Shown here: one piece after another, positions 63,581 to 64,000 of the stretch
How positions within the stretch are numbered: position 1 is the first letter of the stretch
Layout of the letters: each line of letters begins with the position of its first letter
Source: a virus
IMG/VR virus record: IMGVR_UViG_3300028173_000007
Location: 1-64,000 of that record
DNA: 64,000 nucleotides
Reading direction: 5' to 3' (one strand)
Notes under the pieces: model-generated
What the model saw: only the letters and a program-made list of their open reading frames with translations
The model's database searches: none
Told to the model about the DNA's origin: nothing
Position numbers and translations under genes: made by a program

Positions 63581-64000
63581 TCTTGTCCCGTCTCGTGTTC
63601 CTCATGTTCGCCCTCGTGCCGGCCGCTGCGCTGGCCCAGGAGGCCGCCGCGGCCTCCCCCTGGGCCTCGGCCCTCGGCTATCTGCTCCAGGCGGCAGCGG
63701 TCGTCCTGCTCGCCCTCGCGAGCCTGGCCTCGAAGCGGCTTTTGGCCCGCTTCGGCGTGAAGCAGTCCGCGGAGCTCCAGGCCGCCATTCAGAACACGGT
63801 ACGCACCGGCGTATCCGCGGCCGAGGAATGGGCCGCGCGAGAGCTCAAGGCCGGACGGGTGCCCGACAGCCGCGAGAAGTTCGAGCTCGTGCTAGGGCTC
63901 GTCAAGGCCGCCTGGCCGAAGGCCCGCGAGAACGATGTTGTGCAGGCCATCGACGCCGAGCTCGCGCGAACCCCTGGCCTGGGCGCCACCGGCAAGCGCG
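63577..64000 (+). CDS. Holin-like membrane protein (LL-H-like), 3'-truncated; absent from the ORF track
   Basis: My translation: (V)ILSRLVFLMFALVPAAALAQE..LGYLLQAAAVVLLALASLA..VRTGVSAAEEW..EKFELV..AIDAEL; follows the endolysin with GGAGG RBS. Confidence 0.7.
   Translation, partial: MILSRLVFLMFALVPAAALAQEAAAASPWASALGYLLQAAAVVLLALASLASKRLLARFGVKQSAELQAAIQNTVRTGVSAAEEWAARELKAGRVPDSREKFELVLGLVKAAWPKARENDVVQAIDAELARTPGLGATGKR

Larger units (their letters stand above)
1..64000 (+). mobile_element. Tailed phage/prophage (myovirus-type) virion morphogenesis and lysis region; both ends lie outside the window
   Basis: Co-oriented, translationally coupled (many ATGA/GTGA overlaps) series portal - protease - scaffold - capsid - neck - sheath - tube - tape measure - baseplate - spike - lysin - holin. 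No host housekeeping genes, att site or integrase seen. Confidence 0.95.

Noticed and set aside
1-64000. Terminase, integrase/att sites, tRNA or rRNA genes
   Set aside because: No terminase Walker A/nuclease motifs, recombinase motifs or cloverleaf structures were seen. They may lie outside the window, so lifestyle cannot be determined.

Overview
The whole window is the virion-morphogenesis region of a very GC-rich, contractile-tailed (myovirus-type) phage or prophage. Almost all genes are on the + strand. The structural genes resemble the SPO1/Twort/A511 (Herelleviridae-like) layout: portal (20.7 kb), MuF/gp7-like head protein, prohead protease, scaffold, major capsid (33.3 kb), head/neck fibre, neck proteins, sheath, tube, tail chaperones with a probable +1 frameshift, tape measure, baseplate, tail spike, CHAP endolysin and a holin that runs off the end. 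No terminase, integrase, tRNA or CRISPR array is visible. The unusual part is about 30 kb of large genes around the portal (0.96-31.1 kb). Six of them share one N-terminal module: a leader, then L-x-K|GAGHKYxRR..W-R-Y-x-Y..GH(F/Y/W)xV..HDE(T/S)G. A seventh gene has a variant of it. Each module is fused to a different cargo: DUF6884-like + Mom-like GNAT + TGT-like base exchange; phosphoribosyltransferase + C5 DNA methyltransferase; RelA/SpoT-like synthetase; zincin protease; and giant His/Ala/Arg-rich proteins, one ending in a DnaN beta-clamp-like domain. An eighth gene (pyrophosphatase-like) has only the cleavage motif. The hydrophobic-x-K|[S/G/A] motif in front of this module also marks the capsid N-terminus, the portal and protease ends, and 10 of the 12 lysines of the scaffold. 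My inference is a modular system in which an address tag loads a set of enzymes into the head, the prohead protease releases them, and they are co-injected with the DNA. All family calls come from recognising motifs by eye; no database search was run.
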